Origin: Prorocentrum cordatum
Taxonomy: Eukaryota
Direction: 5' to 3'
Assembly: GCA_963575745.1 (NCBI GenBank)
Contig: CAUYUJ010000237.1
Coordinates: 62,001-126,000 of the forward strand
DNA length: 64,000 nucleotides
Every line of letters starts with the position of its first letter. Positions within the stretch are counted from its first letter, which is position 1. Made by a program: the position numbers and the translations under genes. Positions 51,201 through 62,180 of the stretch are shown here, piece after piece. Below the pieces are notes generated by a model. It ran no database searches. It saw only the letters and a list, made by a program, of their open reading frames with translations, and was not told where the DNA came from.

Positions 51201-54200
51201 GCCATTCCACCTCGGTTGGTAATAAGCAGGCCGACAGACTTGCTGACCTAGGTGCGGACCTACACTCTCAGGACACGGTCCTGCACGACCGAGTCAAGCG
51301 CTCTGGATTGCTTGTGCGTAATCTTGGTGCTTATATCGGTCATTGTATAGCGTGGATCTTTAGGAATGTACCCAAAAAGGCTTGGGCGGCGGATTATGAT
51401 GAGATTCCTGCCCCCTCGGTCCCGCCCCTAGTCCTCTCTGGTGCCTCCTCTGGGGCCTTGCATGAGCATTTCTGGGACCCTTCGGTGGGCCGTTTCCGCT
51501 GTGTACATTGTTGGGCTAGCTCGGTTTCCAAGAGCTACTTGTTGCGATCTCAGTGCTCCTCTCCCACCGGCGGTGGGCACGTACTCAGGCGATTAAATAA
51601 TATCATTTTTTGTCGCCGCTGCGGCCGCTACTCGTGTAAGAAGGTGGCTGATTTAACGAAATCCTGCACTGGCCCTCCACGAGCCCCTGGAACCATCTCA
51701 CGGCTCCGCCGCATGTGTGATGGACGTGACCCCCGCACTGATCAACCAGTCGGCGATGTCACTGCCGTTGACAATGTCAACGTTATATATGCCTTTCCTG
51801 ACCCTCATGATATCTTTAACTTCCAGGCTCTGTTTGATCCTGCGTGGCTTCTAGAGCCCGCGTAGATATCTTGGGGTTAACATAGGTGGAAGGTGGGGGG
51901 CGGTCCGACTCTTACGTTATCTATTCTGCATTGCTGGCCCATCTTGGTTCCCGACACCAGCCCGCCAGAAGTGTAGGTTGTAACACCAGGTGCGCCGACA
52001 CGTCTATGTTGTGCCAAATGTCATGCGCCGACGCGTCTGTAGTCGGCTAGGCTTGGGGATAAGTGGGTACAGAGGCGCTGAGAAGCAGGCGCCCGTTCCG
52101 CCTGCGCCCACTCATCCCCTTTGTATGCTGTTGTCACGCCTTCCCCCGCCCAGGCTCGCAAAGAGAAAGACTCTTGCTCCGCCTGCCGCGCGGGGCGACA
52201 TCATGGCATGCCTCTCTAACTGATGCCACGAATCTTTCTGCTAGTCGAATTGTCCCTGTGCCGACACGTCAGGGCTCGTCGATTAGGCCTGAGGATGAGT
52301 GGGTACAGAGGCGCTGAGAAGCAGGCACCCGTTCCGCCTGCGCCCACTCATCCTCTCTTGTGCTGTTTTTCGCCTCTCCCCCGCCCAGGCTCGCAAAGAG
52401 AAAAGACTTTGCTCCGCCTGCCAGCGGGCGACATCAGGGGTTTGCCTCTCTGCTGCGCTTTGAATGGCGCCGAAATGTCACGGGAAGGAATCGATGCTGA
52501 GGCGATGGTATTCAGTCCCTTGTTCTGACTGCGCCAATTCCTTCCATTGTGACTTTTCTTTGATCCCGCGCAGCCCAGGCTCGCGAAGAGATGAAGGGCT
52601 CTCCGCTGCCTTGCTGCGTCCTGTTTTGTTTGCATGTTGCCGCCTGGCCAGAGGTTGAGGCTTAAAGCCCAGGAGTCAGGACAGGGGCTCCAAATTTAAT
52701 TGCCAGGTCTTGCCAGCATCGCTTGACGTCTCGGGCCTTCGATTTTTCGTTGTCCCTGTTTTCGGTTCGGTCCCTCGGTCGGCTCTGTCTGGGTCCTGGT
52801 CCGTCCCTCGCTTCTTTCGGCCCTCCCTTCGGGCCCCTCGCTCGTCGTTTCGGCGCCACGGGCAGGAGTGTTCGGCAGACGATCACCCGAGTGCAAATCA
52901 AAAAATCAAAAATCCTTCTCTCACCCCTCCTCTGCCACTCCTCCCCCCGCCTCGTCTGGACAGGTACGCCTTCATCAACTTCATCCAGCCGTGTTACGCC
53001 CCCGCCACAGCCGAGCCTGGCGCCGGCCCCCGACCGATATGCCTCCGCCCGGGGCTCCCCCCGCCGATCGCCGCCCCGGGCCAGCGGCTTCCCGGGCAGC
53101 GGCGGGGCGAGCCGCAGCGGCGCCCGAGCGCGCCCCGCGCAGCTCTTCGATCGCGGTTCCGGTCCCGGCCTCGCGCTCGCCCAGGGGCTCTTTTGTGGCT
53201 CGCTTGGGTTTTCTTTTTTGTTTGTCTCTTTTTTTTCTTTGTATCTTTTTTTCTTATTTTTCTTTATTTGGCATTTTTGGATGATGATATCTATTGGCGA
53301 GCCCAACTGTGCCGGCGCGCGCACTGTGCCGCAGCACGTCTGTGGGAGGAGGAGGAGGAGGAGGAGGAGGAGGAGGAGGAGAGAGGAGGAGAGGAGGAGA
53401 GGAGGAGGAGGAGAGGAGGAGGGAGGGGAGGAAGGGAGGGAGGGTGGGTGGGAGGGAGAGGAGGGAGGAGGAGAGGGGGCGGAGGAGGGAGGAGGAGGGA
53501 GGAGGAGGAGTAGGTAAGGGGAGACGGAGGAAGGAGGAGGAGGAGGAGGAGGAGGAGGAGGAGGAGGAGGAGGAGGAGGATAAGAGGGCGGAGGGAGGAG
53601 AGGAGGAGGAGGGAGGAGGAAGAGGAGAGGAGGAGGAGGAGGGAGGAGGAAGAGGACGGTAGGTGTTCTTTGGATCGCGAGGCCGAGGACGCACGAAGCC
53701 TCGCGGCGAAGAGGAGGGAGGAGAGGAGGCAGGCGGAGGGAGGGAGGGTGTGTGCTGAGATCGGCGGCCTCGCCGATCCTTCCCTCCGCTGTCGCAGCGA
53801 GCCCCGCGCGGCCTCGCTGATGGCGGTCTGTGGCGTCCCCGCGCCGAGATCTGCCAGAGCTTCGAAATGCTGCAGCACGCACGCGCACGGGCGGGGCACT
53901 GGAGGCTGCACGTTCAACACAGCTTCAACCCCCAAACACTACGTGATATGGTCGTCGTTTCCTCATTCGTTGTTTTTTTTTCCGATCGGCGCGGGCCCTC
54001 GCACCCCCCTGCCCCCCCCCCCCCCCCCATGGAGTCGATCTTGGCCGTTTTTGGCGCCTGTTTCGAGCAGGTGGAGTCTCCCCCAAAGAGCGCACTGCTG
54101 CAAACAGGCGCACTAAGCAGAGGTCCGGAGCCAGGCCCCCCCCTCGCCTCCCCATTCCGCCCAGTGTCGAAGCGCCGAAGAAGAAAGCGCTCACCAAGCA

Positions 54201-55455
54201 GCCTTCTCGCCTATGCCAGCTGCCCTGACTCTTCTCGAGCCTCGCCTCAGACGGCTGCAGCACGGGCGGGCACTGGTGGGGCGCCAGGGGCTGCCCGTTC
54301 GGCAGGAGGGCGCTCCTCCCTCCCTCGCCCCCCTGCTTGGCATCGCTCAGACGTGTGCATTTTTTCTTCGGCGAGGACCATCGAGGAGCATCCTTGACCA
54401 TTTGGCGAAAAAAACTACGCACGACACCGAAAAAAAGCACAGGGAATGGACGTCCGAGCGATGACCCCCCTGCCTCTGCCCCGAAGGACGGGGGGCGCCC
54501 GAGATCCGACGCCGCAAAAATGCCACAGCGCCGCCCTTCGAAACAGGACGGGAGCTGCCGACCCCGCCCCTGCGCGGGACCTCTGCGCGGACCGAGCTGG
54601 AGCCCGTGAGAGCCCCAGGGGCCCGAGGCGGGGAGAAAGCTCCGGTCATCATCTTACAGTGCCGTTTTCAGTACATGCTCCGCGTGCGGATCATGTATCA
54701 CAAATGCAGGGATTCAGCATTAAAAGCTACGATGAGTTCATGCGTAAGTTTATTCATAAACTGATCATGTATGTAACATCCCATATTAAAACAAAATCCC
54801 ATGTCTTGAAAACTGCCCTGTACGCCCCCCGGATCTGAGGGTCCCTCGGCCCTCGCAGCTGCTTCTCGGGCCCTGCCTCGGGCCTCGGGTGGCCATTCTC
54901 TGGGCGACACCAGGCTTTGGCATCGCTCGGACGTGTGCATTTTTTTTTTTGGTGAGGACCATCGAGGAGCATCTTTGATCATTTGGCGAAAAATGTACGC
55001 ACGAAATCACGAACGGACGGGGAAGGGACGTCCGAGTGATGGCGAGCAGGGCTCGCCAGAAGGCCCACGACATAGCGCAGCTGGTGGGAAGCAGCCCGGG
55101 CTCCAAAAGCTACAGGGCAGCTGGAGAGCTGTACCTCGAAAGTCCTGGTCCTCCTCCTGCTTTCCCTCCAGCGTGAGGAGGCGAGCCGAGGCGTGGATGT
55201 TCAAGCAGACGTACGAAGGGCGCAAGATGAGCAGCTTCAACTCCAGCAAGATCGTGGGCGTCATGCCCGCCGCTCTCCAGGACTCTCCCGAAGACTGGCG
55301 TTGCTTGCTCCTCCACCTCCTCATCCCTCTCCCTCTTCTTCCTCTTCATTATTCCCCTCCCCCATATGCTCCTCGTCCTTGTCTTCCTCCGCCCCCTCCT
55401 CACTCCTGCTCCTTCTGCTCCTCCTCCGCCTCCTCCTCCTCCTCCTCCTCCTCAT

Positions 55456-55528
<73 letters not shown>

Positions 55529-58500
55529 GTCGTCACCATCATCATCATCATCAGCATCATCAGCATCATCAGCATCATCATCACATCATCAGATCATCAG
55601 AGCATCATCATCATCATCGTCGTCGTCATCATCATCTTCTTTGTCATCGCCATCATCATCATCGTCTTTGTCATCACCATCGTCAGAATCATCATCAGCA
55701 TCATCATCATCTTCATCGTCGTCATCATCATCCTCATCGTCAGAATCCTCTTTCTCCTAGTCATCTTCCTTGTCCCCCTCCTCCTCCTCCTCAAGCAACG
55801 CGGCGGCCTGCAGGGCTTCCAGGCGAACTACGACCACTACTCCACTGCTCGAGTGAATCGCGGGGACCCGTCCACCAGGCGCCTCGCCTTGCTGTTCCTC
55901 CTTTCATTCCTCATCCTTCTCCTCCTAACCCTGGTCTAAGCCTTGAGTTGGCCTCCTCTTCCTCTCGATCCTCATCATCCCATGTTCCCTGAGTTGGCTT
56001 TCCCAGAGAGGACTCCCCCTTTAGCCCTAAGACTAGGTCACATCCCCTCGCTGCGCGCGCAGACTCTCGCGTGGGAGATCTTGAGCATGACCCCGGGAGC
56101 CCACTTCGGTCCGGGCTCCTCGACATTGCCGCGTCGCACTCGACTCCAGGGACGCTCCGAGGCACCAAACGACACCAACCTCCTACGATCCCGCGCGTCG
56201 CACGCCGCTGCGTGGTCCGCAAGATCTTGTCGTCGTGGCGGCAGCCACTCCGAGTTGCGTTCCCGCCTCAGCCCCAGCCACTCGGCGCTGGCCACCCTCG
56301 CCCAGGCGCTGGCCACAGTCCTGGCTCAGAGTTCGCCTGAGTACCCGCCACATTCCCGAGGAGCGGTCGGCATCTACGGGCGCGTCTGGATGTGAGCTAC
56401 TTGCCAGGAGCATGCGTGCTTCTGTTGGCCTTGCTTGCCTGCCTCCGTCCTCGAGTGTGCCCAGTCCCCATCTTCCTGCTCGTCTACTCCTTGCGCGCGT
56501 ACTGAGAGCACACGGTGTTTTTTTGGGCATTCGCTTCAGCGCCTTTTCCCTAGCTCTCTCAGAGGGCCAGCGTGTGTGCCGCGGCGCCCGTCGCCCTCTT
56601 CCTGGGCCGCCTCCAGGCGACGACGGCCGAGTCTGGCCCCAATCCGCGGGGGCGCGAAGAGGAGCGCGCTTCGCGGGCCTGGCCCGGAGAGGTGCTTGCT
56701 TCTCCACTTGGGGCGGGGCGGAGGAGCGCAAAAGAGCCGCGCGCCTCTCCCCGCGCGGCGCGCGGCGCGAAGCGAGGCGCACTGGAGTTCTGGCCCGTGA
56801 TGGTGTTCTCGATTCGGTATTGGCGACGTCCTCGAATCGTGGCCTCGCTCGGACGTGTGCATTTTTGTCGGCGAGGACCATCGAGGAGCATCTTTGATCA
56901 TTTAGCGAAACATGCACGCACGAAATCGAAAAACGCACGGGGAATGGACGTCCGAGCGATGGCGAGGAATGAGGCACTGCGCTGTGGCCCCAGCGTGGGC
57001 CGCCTTGCTGGCCCAGAACGGAGCCCTCGCCGCAGCGTCACAGCCCCATCTCGGAAGGGTGCTCCCGCCCCAGCGTCGGCCACACTCCCAGTGTGAAGTC
57101 GGGCCTGTCCCTCTACGGGGGGAATGTTCAAAACATAAGAAGAGAACGGTTTTTGACCATGTTGTAATATTTGTGGTGTATTGTTTGGATACGATTTATT
57201 ATCCCTTCAGAATCCGCCTGTAGGGGGACATGCCCGACCTAATCCCAGTTCGAAATGGCGCTCTCGCTTCAGAGTAGGCCATATGCCTCCTCTAGTCAAC
57301 GCTCGCAGTCTTAAGCGCGCACATGTCACTCTTGTATGTATTATTTGCTGTCCTGCTCCTGCTCCTCTTGAGCGGCACCTCCGTGACCATTTTTGGCTCA
57401 AACCATGTTGGCTCAAAGCTAAAGGGGTGAAGCTACAGTAATAGAGCGGATCACGATTACTCTTGGTTGCCTCCACAGGCAAGGCTTAGACCTTACCTAG
57501 TACCCAGAAGGGGTGCCAGGACGGCTCACTTGTACCCAGAAGAGACGCCACCCAGACGCGAGCTGCTCGGCCACGCAAGCCCTTTGTGCGATAATTCGTG
57601 CTATGCCAGGCAGTCCAGCCTTTGCTCCCATGGCCCCGAGGCATTCGACGAAACACCACACATGAAAGAGATTCGCTCGAGTCCATCGCGCCAGCGTTCT
57701 CCATCCAGATACAACGTGAGCCCGTCTCATGGACGACGCCGCAAGCAGATGACAGCAGCGAGAGCGTCGGGGTCGCAGCCGCAATGACAGTTCGGCAGGA
57801 CCTTCCTGGAACCCGTGTCCTGCACGTCTTGCACGCCCGGCTAGATGCCTCACGGGTGTGAAGAAGAGCAACGTCGCTGCCACCAAGTTTAAGCAGAGTA
57901 TGCAGCAGGATAGTGTTGCACTCCGCCAGTCATCCATGGTACAGGACAAGAATGTTCAGAGAGTGCATGAACGTTGCACGGTTGTCGAGACAAGACGGCA
58001 GGGCATGATCATGTCTGAAGTACAGGGCGCAGTTGAAGAGAAGACCAGTGCGATCGAGTCTCAGTTTTCGGATTTGCAGGAGAAGCAGCAGCAGCAGCAG
58101 CAACAGCAGAGCAGCGGCGAACTCAGTTCGATGGGAGGTGGCCCTGAAGCTACCTCAAGAGCTTTTCGCAGCATGCAAGGTCGTTATTTCCAGGGCCGCC
58201 AAGTCCTACTCCATCGCCTTCCCTACCGAGGACATGGCCTCGCGCTCCGGCCACATCACCGCAGATCATACCATCAATTGAACGAACCCAGGACGTTGAG
58301 GAGTTCGTATTGTCAAGGTGCGGTACGACGGTGGGCGGGAGGCAGCGGGTGATTTGGACGCCGTTGCACGAGAGTTTGCAGGGCTGCGACTTCCAGCGGC
58401 AGATCGCGGCGACCGTGGAGGCGAAGTGGGTGTGTCGCACGGTGGAGCTGTACAAAGGCGTTCTTAGCTAGGCTGCCGCGAACCGCTTTGGCTCGCGCCA

Positions 58501-60660
58501 GCTACACGTTGGACGAGGGGGCCGTCGAGGACGGCGCATTCGCGGGTGCGGTGACGCTCGGGTCGCCCTCCGACCTGCCCTCGGGCCGCGTTGGTGCCTG
58601 CCAGCCGCTCGCTGCGCTTCGGTTGAGCGTCTCGGCGGTCCAGGCGCGGGTTCACGGCGCGCCGTGCTTCGCGGAAGACTTCGTCGGCTGCAGGAGGTTG
58701 TCCCCAGCCATCGAGATCGGTTCTGGCAAGGTCTGCCTCGTGGTCGCCGGGGTCGACGTCGAGCGCAGGACGCACGGCCAGCCTTGGGAATTCAGCAAGG
58801 CAAAGGATCGGGCCCAGCTGCGCTGCGTGTCCTTCGAGGTGCTGCAGCTGGCAGGCGGGCACGCCGCCCTGCCCTGCCCTCCGTGGAGCAGCCTGGGAGC
58901 TCGCCAGCCAGACGCCGCTGCGATGGCTTTCGCCTCCTCCGCCATGGACGGCCTGGAGCACTTCGCTGCGGCGGGCTGCTTTGCCTCCTTCGAGGGCCCT
59001 CGGTCGCGCGGCCTGCGGCGGGCAAGGGGAAGTCGGCGGAATTCGGCTGCGCGGGCTCGCCGAGCGGGCGCTGGGCCCGTGCGGAGCCCGACGCATGCGC
59101 GATCGGCTGCAGGAGTCCAGACGAGGAGCCGCTGGCCATGCAGAGGCTCTGCGCCGTCATGGGCAGCTTCGACCTGCAGCCTGCTGGGCGCGCAGGCCAG
59201 GCGCGGGGCCATCGGGCCCCCGTGGGCGCGGAGAGGGCGCGGAGCTGGCATCCCCGGGCCTCTGGTCGGAGCCACCCGCGCGCACGAGGGGCTCGGGGTG
59301 CCCTGCGAGCCGGGGCGAGCGGCAACGCCCGCCGCCGGGATCGCGAGGAGCGAGGGCCAGCTCCGCGAGCAGGGGCGGGTGGCGCGGCAGTGGGCAGGAG
59401 GGGGCGCGAGCCAGCCGCTGCGTCGGCGAAGCAGCGGCGGGCGGAGCGCGCCCAGAAGAGCAGCTGGCCAAGAGGGCCAGGGGAGGGCGCCGGCGAAGTG
59501 CTGCCGTGTCGCGGGGCGGAAGAGCGGCCCGCGGCGGAGCGCCGAACGCGCGCAGCAGGTGCCTGCTGCTGCGCGGGCCTTGCGGCGGCGGCTGCGCTGG
59601 CTACGCGCGCTTCGGCAGCGTGGAGCTCGGGGCGCCCAAGGAGGAAGTCGCGCCGAAGGCCGAGGCGTTCTGGGTCGGGGGTTTGCCGCGGGTGCGGCTT
59701 CCAGTCGGAGCGGCGACAACGGGCCTGCCCGCGCGCGGGCCGCCCATCCGTCTGCAGGGCCCAGAGGCGAGCATCGCGCGCGAGGGGTTCGAGCAACGCG
59801 TCGTGCAGGGCCTGTTCTCGCGCGGGACTTCGCCGCGGGGTAGTTGGGCCTTCTCTGCGAAGGAGCGCGTCAGCGGCCAGCGTTGCCGGACAGTGGTGGG
59901 CTACCGGCTGGTGGACTGGCGCCGGGTGGCATTCGCGCGATGCGTCTCCACCAGTGCCGCGACGCGAAGGGCGAGCTTGTCGGCTGCGTGTTCGTGTCGG
60001 GCGTGGGCGGCGCTCGCGCCGAGCATGCCGAGCAGGTCTTGGCGGCGTCAGCCGACTGCGGGCGTTTCCTGCTGGAGGTCCTGCAGCTCGGCGCGTCGAC
60101 GTCGACCCGTTCGACCTTCCAGTCCTGCGCGGACGAGCTGCTCTCTGGGCCCGGCCGCGGGCGCCACAGACCAGCTCCTGACGCACTGCATCGACGGCTC
60201 CCGGCCAAGGGCCGGGCGAGGACGGGCCCACGGCGCGCGCGGATTTTGCTCGATATGCTGGCACGTGACACATGGGGGAGAAGGGGGGGAGCACGTGAAG
60301 GAGGAGGGGGAGGAGGAGAAGGTAGGCGAGGAGGAGGGGAGGAGGGAGGAGGAGGAGGGAGGAGGAGGGGGGGGGGAGGGGGAGGAGGAGGAGGAGGATG
60401 GAGGAGGAGGAGGAGGAGGGAGGAGGAGGAGGAGGAGGGGAGGAGGAGGGGAGGAGGAGGAGGAGGAGGAGGAGGGTAGCAGGAGGGGGAGGGGAGTGGA
60501 GGTCGGAGGAGGAGGAGGGAGGAGGGAGGAGGGAGGAGGAGGAGAAGCACAGAGTCCCGACCTCCTCGAGCCCTGCCCGACCGAGGCCGCTCTTCCTGCG
60601 CGAGCCCGACGCCTCGGACGCGGGGCCCGGCGCGGCGGGCTCGCGCCGCGGCCGCAGGAG
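36186..60660 (+). CDS. MEI2: Multi-exon Mei2-like RNA-binding protein (C-terminal RRM, RRM_2 type); span of recognisable exons
   Basis: Seven phase-compatible exons give TAMMRNLPNKYTQQILHAELRQAGFYGTFDFLYLPIDPETGVNRGYAFINFIQPCYAWMFKQTYEGRKMSSFNSSKIVGVMPAALQGFQANYDHYSTARVNRGDPSTRPLFLREP. The symbol denotes the family, not orthology. Confidence 0.9.
36550..36571 (+). other. Full-length relic dinoflagellate spliced leader
   Basis: TCCGTACCCGTTTTGGCTCAAG, 20/22 match to DCCGTAGCCATTTTGGCTCAAG, followed by ATG rather than a splice donor. Confidence 0.85.
36667..36990. mobile_element. Second copy of the hairpin-headed ATCGATCTCACT element
   Basis: CATACCTAAACGACCACCCTTCGGGTGATAAG...GAACCAAC plus the 12-mer array. 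Confidence 0.6.
38652..38840. mobile_element. MITE with CACCAACACCAAC / GTTGGTGTTGGTG TIRs inside the Pif1 relic
   Basis: Inverted repeat seen directly; CAGGCCT occurs on both flanks. Confidence 0.65.
39019..39186. mobile_element. MITE family C splitting helicase motif V
   Basis: Body TTAATCGTCGATC...TATGGGAA...AACCCAGA...GGGCCCCTTCAA is shared with ~28540-28640 and ~61580-61732. Removing it restores WALTVH. Confidence 0.8.
43269..43420. mobile_element. Nested-palindrome short element
   Basis: Outer IR GGGCATTATAG/CTGTAATGCCC, inner IR TAACGCC..CCCCCCC/GGGGGGG..GGCGTTA, central CCGCCGTGCGCACGGCGG. Confidence 0.55.
44072..44171. other. Assembly gap (100 N)
   Basis: Run of N. Confidence 1.
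44380..45330 (+). pseudogene. Decayed coding-like segment, possibly an ORF1-type retroelement fragment
   Basis: Protein-like stretches interrupted by stops (..FSGCAGVILELS*..VVVIWY..VAIRV). No diagnostic motif. Confidence 0.3.
46264..46279 (+). CDS. Inferred 16-nt Mei2-like micro-exon ((I)LHAEL)
   Basis: CTCCAG acceptor and GT donor. Exactly fills the length and phase gap between exons 36186-36257 and 46676-46749. Confidence 0.55.
46287..46442. mobile_element. MITE family B copy
   Basis: TAAGTCGGGTCTGTCC / GGACATGCCCGACTTA. Confidence 0.75.
46676..46749 (+). CDS. Mei2-like exon RQAGFYGTFDFLYLPIDPETGVNR(G)
   Basis: DFLYLPID motif; phase-2 GC donor. Alternative acceptor at 46682. Confidence 0.9.
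48567..50252 (+). pseudogene. LINE reverse transcriptase domain
   Basis: VGLDSM, LIPKTDGGERTVAL, MLDIHTAFEQV, IVAGCSFA, LVADD, RNLGID; frameshift near 50230. Confidence 0.9.
50489..51865 (+). pseudogene. LINE RNase H and C-terminal Cys/His modules
   Basis: CLIC..H..EC, YGDGSG, QDVPGSELYA, YVTDA, HASLW, GNKQADRLA, then H..CVHC..C and H..CRRC..C. Confidence 0.88.
52025..52480 (+). repeat. 236-bp imperfect tandem duplication downstream of the LINE ORF, each unit with a long stem-loop
   Basis: GTGGGTACAGAGGCGCTGAGAAGCAGGC at 52063 and 52299. Confidence 0.85.
52964..52997 (+). CDS. Mei2-like exon (G)YAFINFIQPCY
   Basis: RNP1 motif GYAFINF completed across the phase-2 junction. Confidence 0.9.
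54341..54463. mobile_element. MITE family E (CATCGCTCGGACGT / ACGTCCGAGCGATG), three copies
   Basis: Shared body GAGGACCATCGAGGAGCATC. Other copies at ~54921-55041 and ~56843-56961. Confidence 0.8.
55191..55280 (+). CDS. Mei2-like exon AWMFKQTYEGRKMSSFNSSKIVGVMPAALQ
   Basis: FNSxK..A.+QG motif; ends at a CAG|GA donor. Confidence 0.88.
55814..55878 (+). CDS. Mei2-like exon GFQANYDHYSTARVNRGDPST(R)
   Basis: CAG acceptor, AG|GC donor, continues the RRM extension. Confidence 0.85.
57094..57242. mobile_element. MITE family B copy
   Basis: AAGTCGGGCCTGTCCC / GGGACATGCCCGACCTAA, flanked by TCCCAGT. Confidence 0.75.
57380..57418 (+). other. Tandem relic spliced leaders
   Basis: TCCGTGACCATTTTTGGCTCAAA followed directly by CCATGTTGGCTCAAAG (one full-length plus one ~15-nt truncated copy). 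Confidence 0.85.
57420..60280 (+). mobile_element. Decayed Ty3/Gypsy-like retroelement: coiled-coil segment, C5-DNA-methyltransferase-like segment, RT fragment
   Basis: RT-like GTSPRGSWAF...RTVVGYRLVD and GRFLLEVLQLG...FQSCADELL (~59620-60200). Upstream HAALPCPPWS...FASFEGP...DACAIG (~58780-59300). Many frameshifts; no LTRs or integrase seen. Confidence 0.6.
60586..60660 (+). CDS. Mei2-like exon (R)PLFLREPDASDAGPGAAGSRRGRR
   Basis: Phase-2 join gives GDPSTRPLFLREP; AG|GC donor. Confidence 0.75.
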
Positions 60661-62149
60661 GCGCCCCTCCGCCGCCGCCGTCGCCGCCGCGCGGCGCTCG
60701 GGGGTCGGCGGCAGGCGGCTGCCGGGCGTGTTCGCTCCACCTGTCAGCCACGCGCAGAGGGGGGTGGGGGGAGGGGGTGCTTCTGGGAAGCCCTCCGAGG
60801 GCTTCCTAGAAGCACCCCTGCTTCTTAGAGGGCGCGGGCCTCATCTATAGATGTGAGGCCGTCGCGCTCTACGAAGCAGCCTGCACTGCTTCTAAGAAGC
60901 CCTCCCCCCTCCCCCCACCCCCTTGTGCGCGCCGCCAAGCCTGGGCCCCTCGGGGGGTTCTCGCCGTCACGGCTGGGTTCCCCCACGGGGAGCGCTGGTC
61001 AAAACAAGCCCCCAGAAAGCGTCGTCGTCGCCGTCGCCGTGGCCGCCGTCATCGAGCCGGCTAAACGTCGCCGTCGCCGTTGTCGTCGTCGTCGTTGTCG
61101 TCGTCCTCGTCGTCTTTCTGCGTTTTCGGGCAGATCTCGGGCCTCTGGAGGCACCCTCGTCGCCCCAGCTGGATCCGACTGGAGATCCTGCCTTGCCAGG
61201 CACGGTGGTGGGCGTTGTTGGGGGCGTCCGAGGGGGCGGGCGGTGAGGATTGCAGTCTGACCGAGGCATAAGATCGAGGTCGGTTCGGGGTGGGTACCCT
61301 AGTGTTCTTCGTGCTTGTTGGATGTTCTTGTGCATCCTGGGGAGGGTACCCTTGGATGGTCTCTTTGCTTTGGCCGACGGAGGGTCTCACGTATTTGAGG
61401 GATGTTCTTCTGGCCTAGGTCCGACCGTATCATGGCCGAGGCCATGAACTCTCGGACTACATGGCCCCTTCTAATTTCAATGCGTCCCTTGCCCCCCCCT
61501 GTGTCGCGCAGGTGCCTCGGGCCATGATTTGGTGAAGCCCCCTCTTGGACGCCCACCTTCTTGGACGCCCCCGAGGTTGGGGAAGGTACATCGCTTAATC
61601 GTCGATCTCCCCAGGAAAATATGCGAAAATATGGGAAGTGGCGGGGAATACGAAAACCCAGAAGATCTGGGAAAATATAGGGAATCCTGGGATTTGTTTG
61701 TATTTGTTCGTGTGTCCCTGGGCCCCTTCAAAAGTACACACCCAAGTCATAGCACACACACACGAATTACTATACAGCCCCCTTCTATCTATCCACCGCC
61801 GGCATCACGCCACGGTCGCATCCTCCGAAGTCCTATCCTCCTCCTCCCTGCCGTCCTTCTGTGAAGGATCTACACATGTTTTCCTTCTGTGAGTGCGTTG
61901 CACATAGATTCCCTTCGCGGAGGAATTACCCATAGGTGCCTTATGCGGGCGGTGAGAAACACAAAAAAGAGAAACAACAACAACAAACAAATAACTCAAA
62001 GACCCAGCATTGAGCCACAAAAGAACCGAAGGAAAACACAACAAACAAACAACACACATACTTCACTACTTACTCATTCCACCGTTCCACTGCTCCACCG
62101 TCCGCTTTCTTCTAATTCCCCCCCCTTCCCCCCTGCCCCCCCCTTCACT

Positions 62150-62180
<31 letters not shown>

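Larger units (their letters stand above)
48310..52650 (+). mobile_element. 5'-truncated non-LTR retrotransposon (RT + RNase H + Cys modules) in a Mei2-like intron
   Basis: RT and RNase H ORFs with the same architecture as the 6.5-13.5 kb element; no APE or ORF1. Boundaries are approximate. Confidence 0.88.

Noticed and set aside
52063..52355. Hammerhead ribozyme (CTGAGAAG / CTGAGGA)
   Set aside because: No GAAA core follows the candidate stem II, so the consensus is not met.
58464..60828. Several long overlapping ORFs (451-615 aa) as intact genes
   Set aside because: Very high GC content suppresses stops. The recognisable motifs switch frames, which indicates a decayed retroelement.
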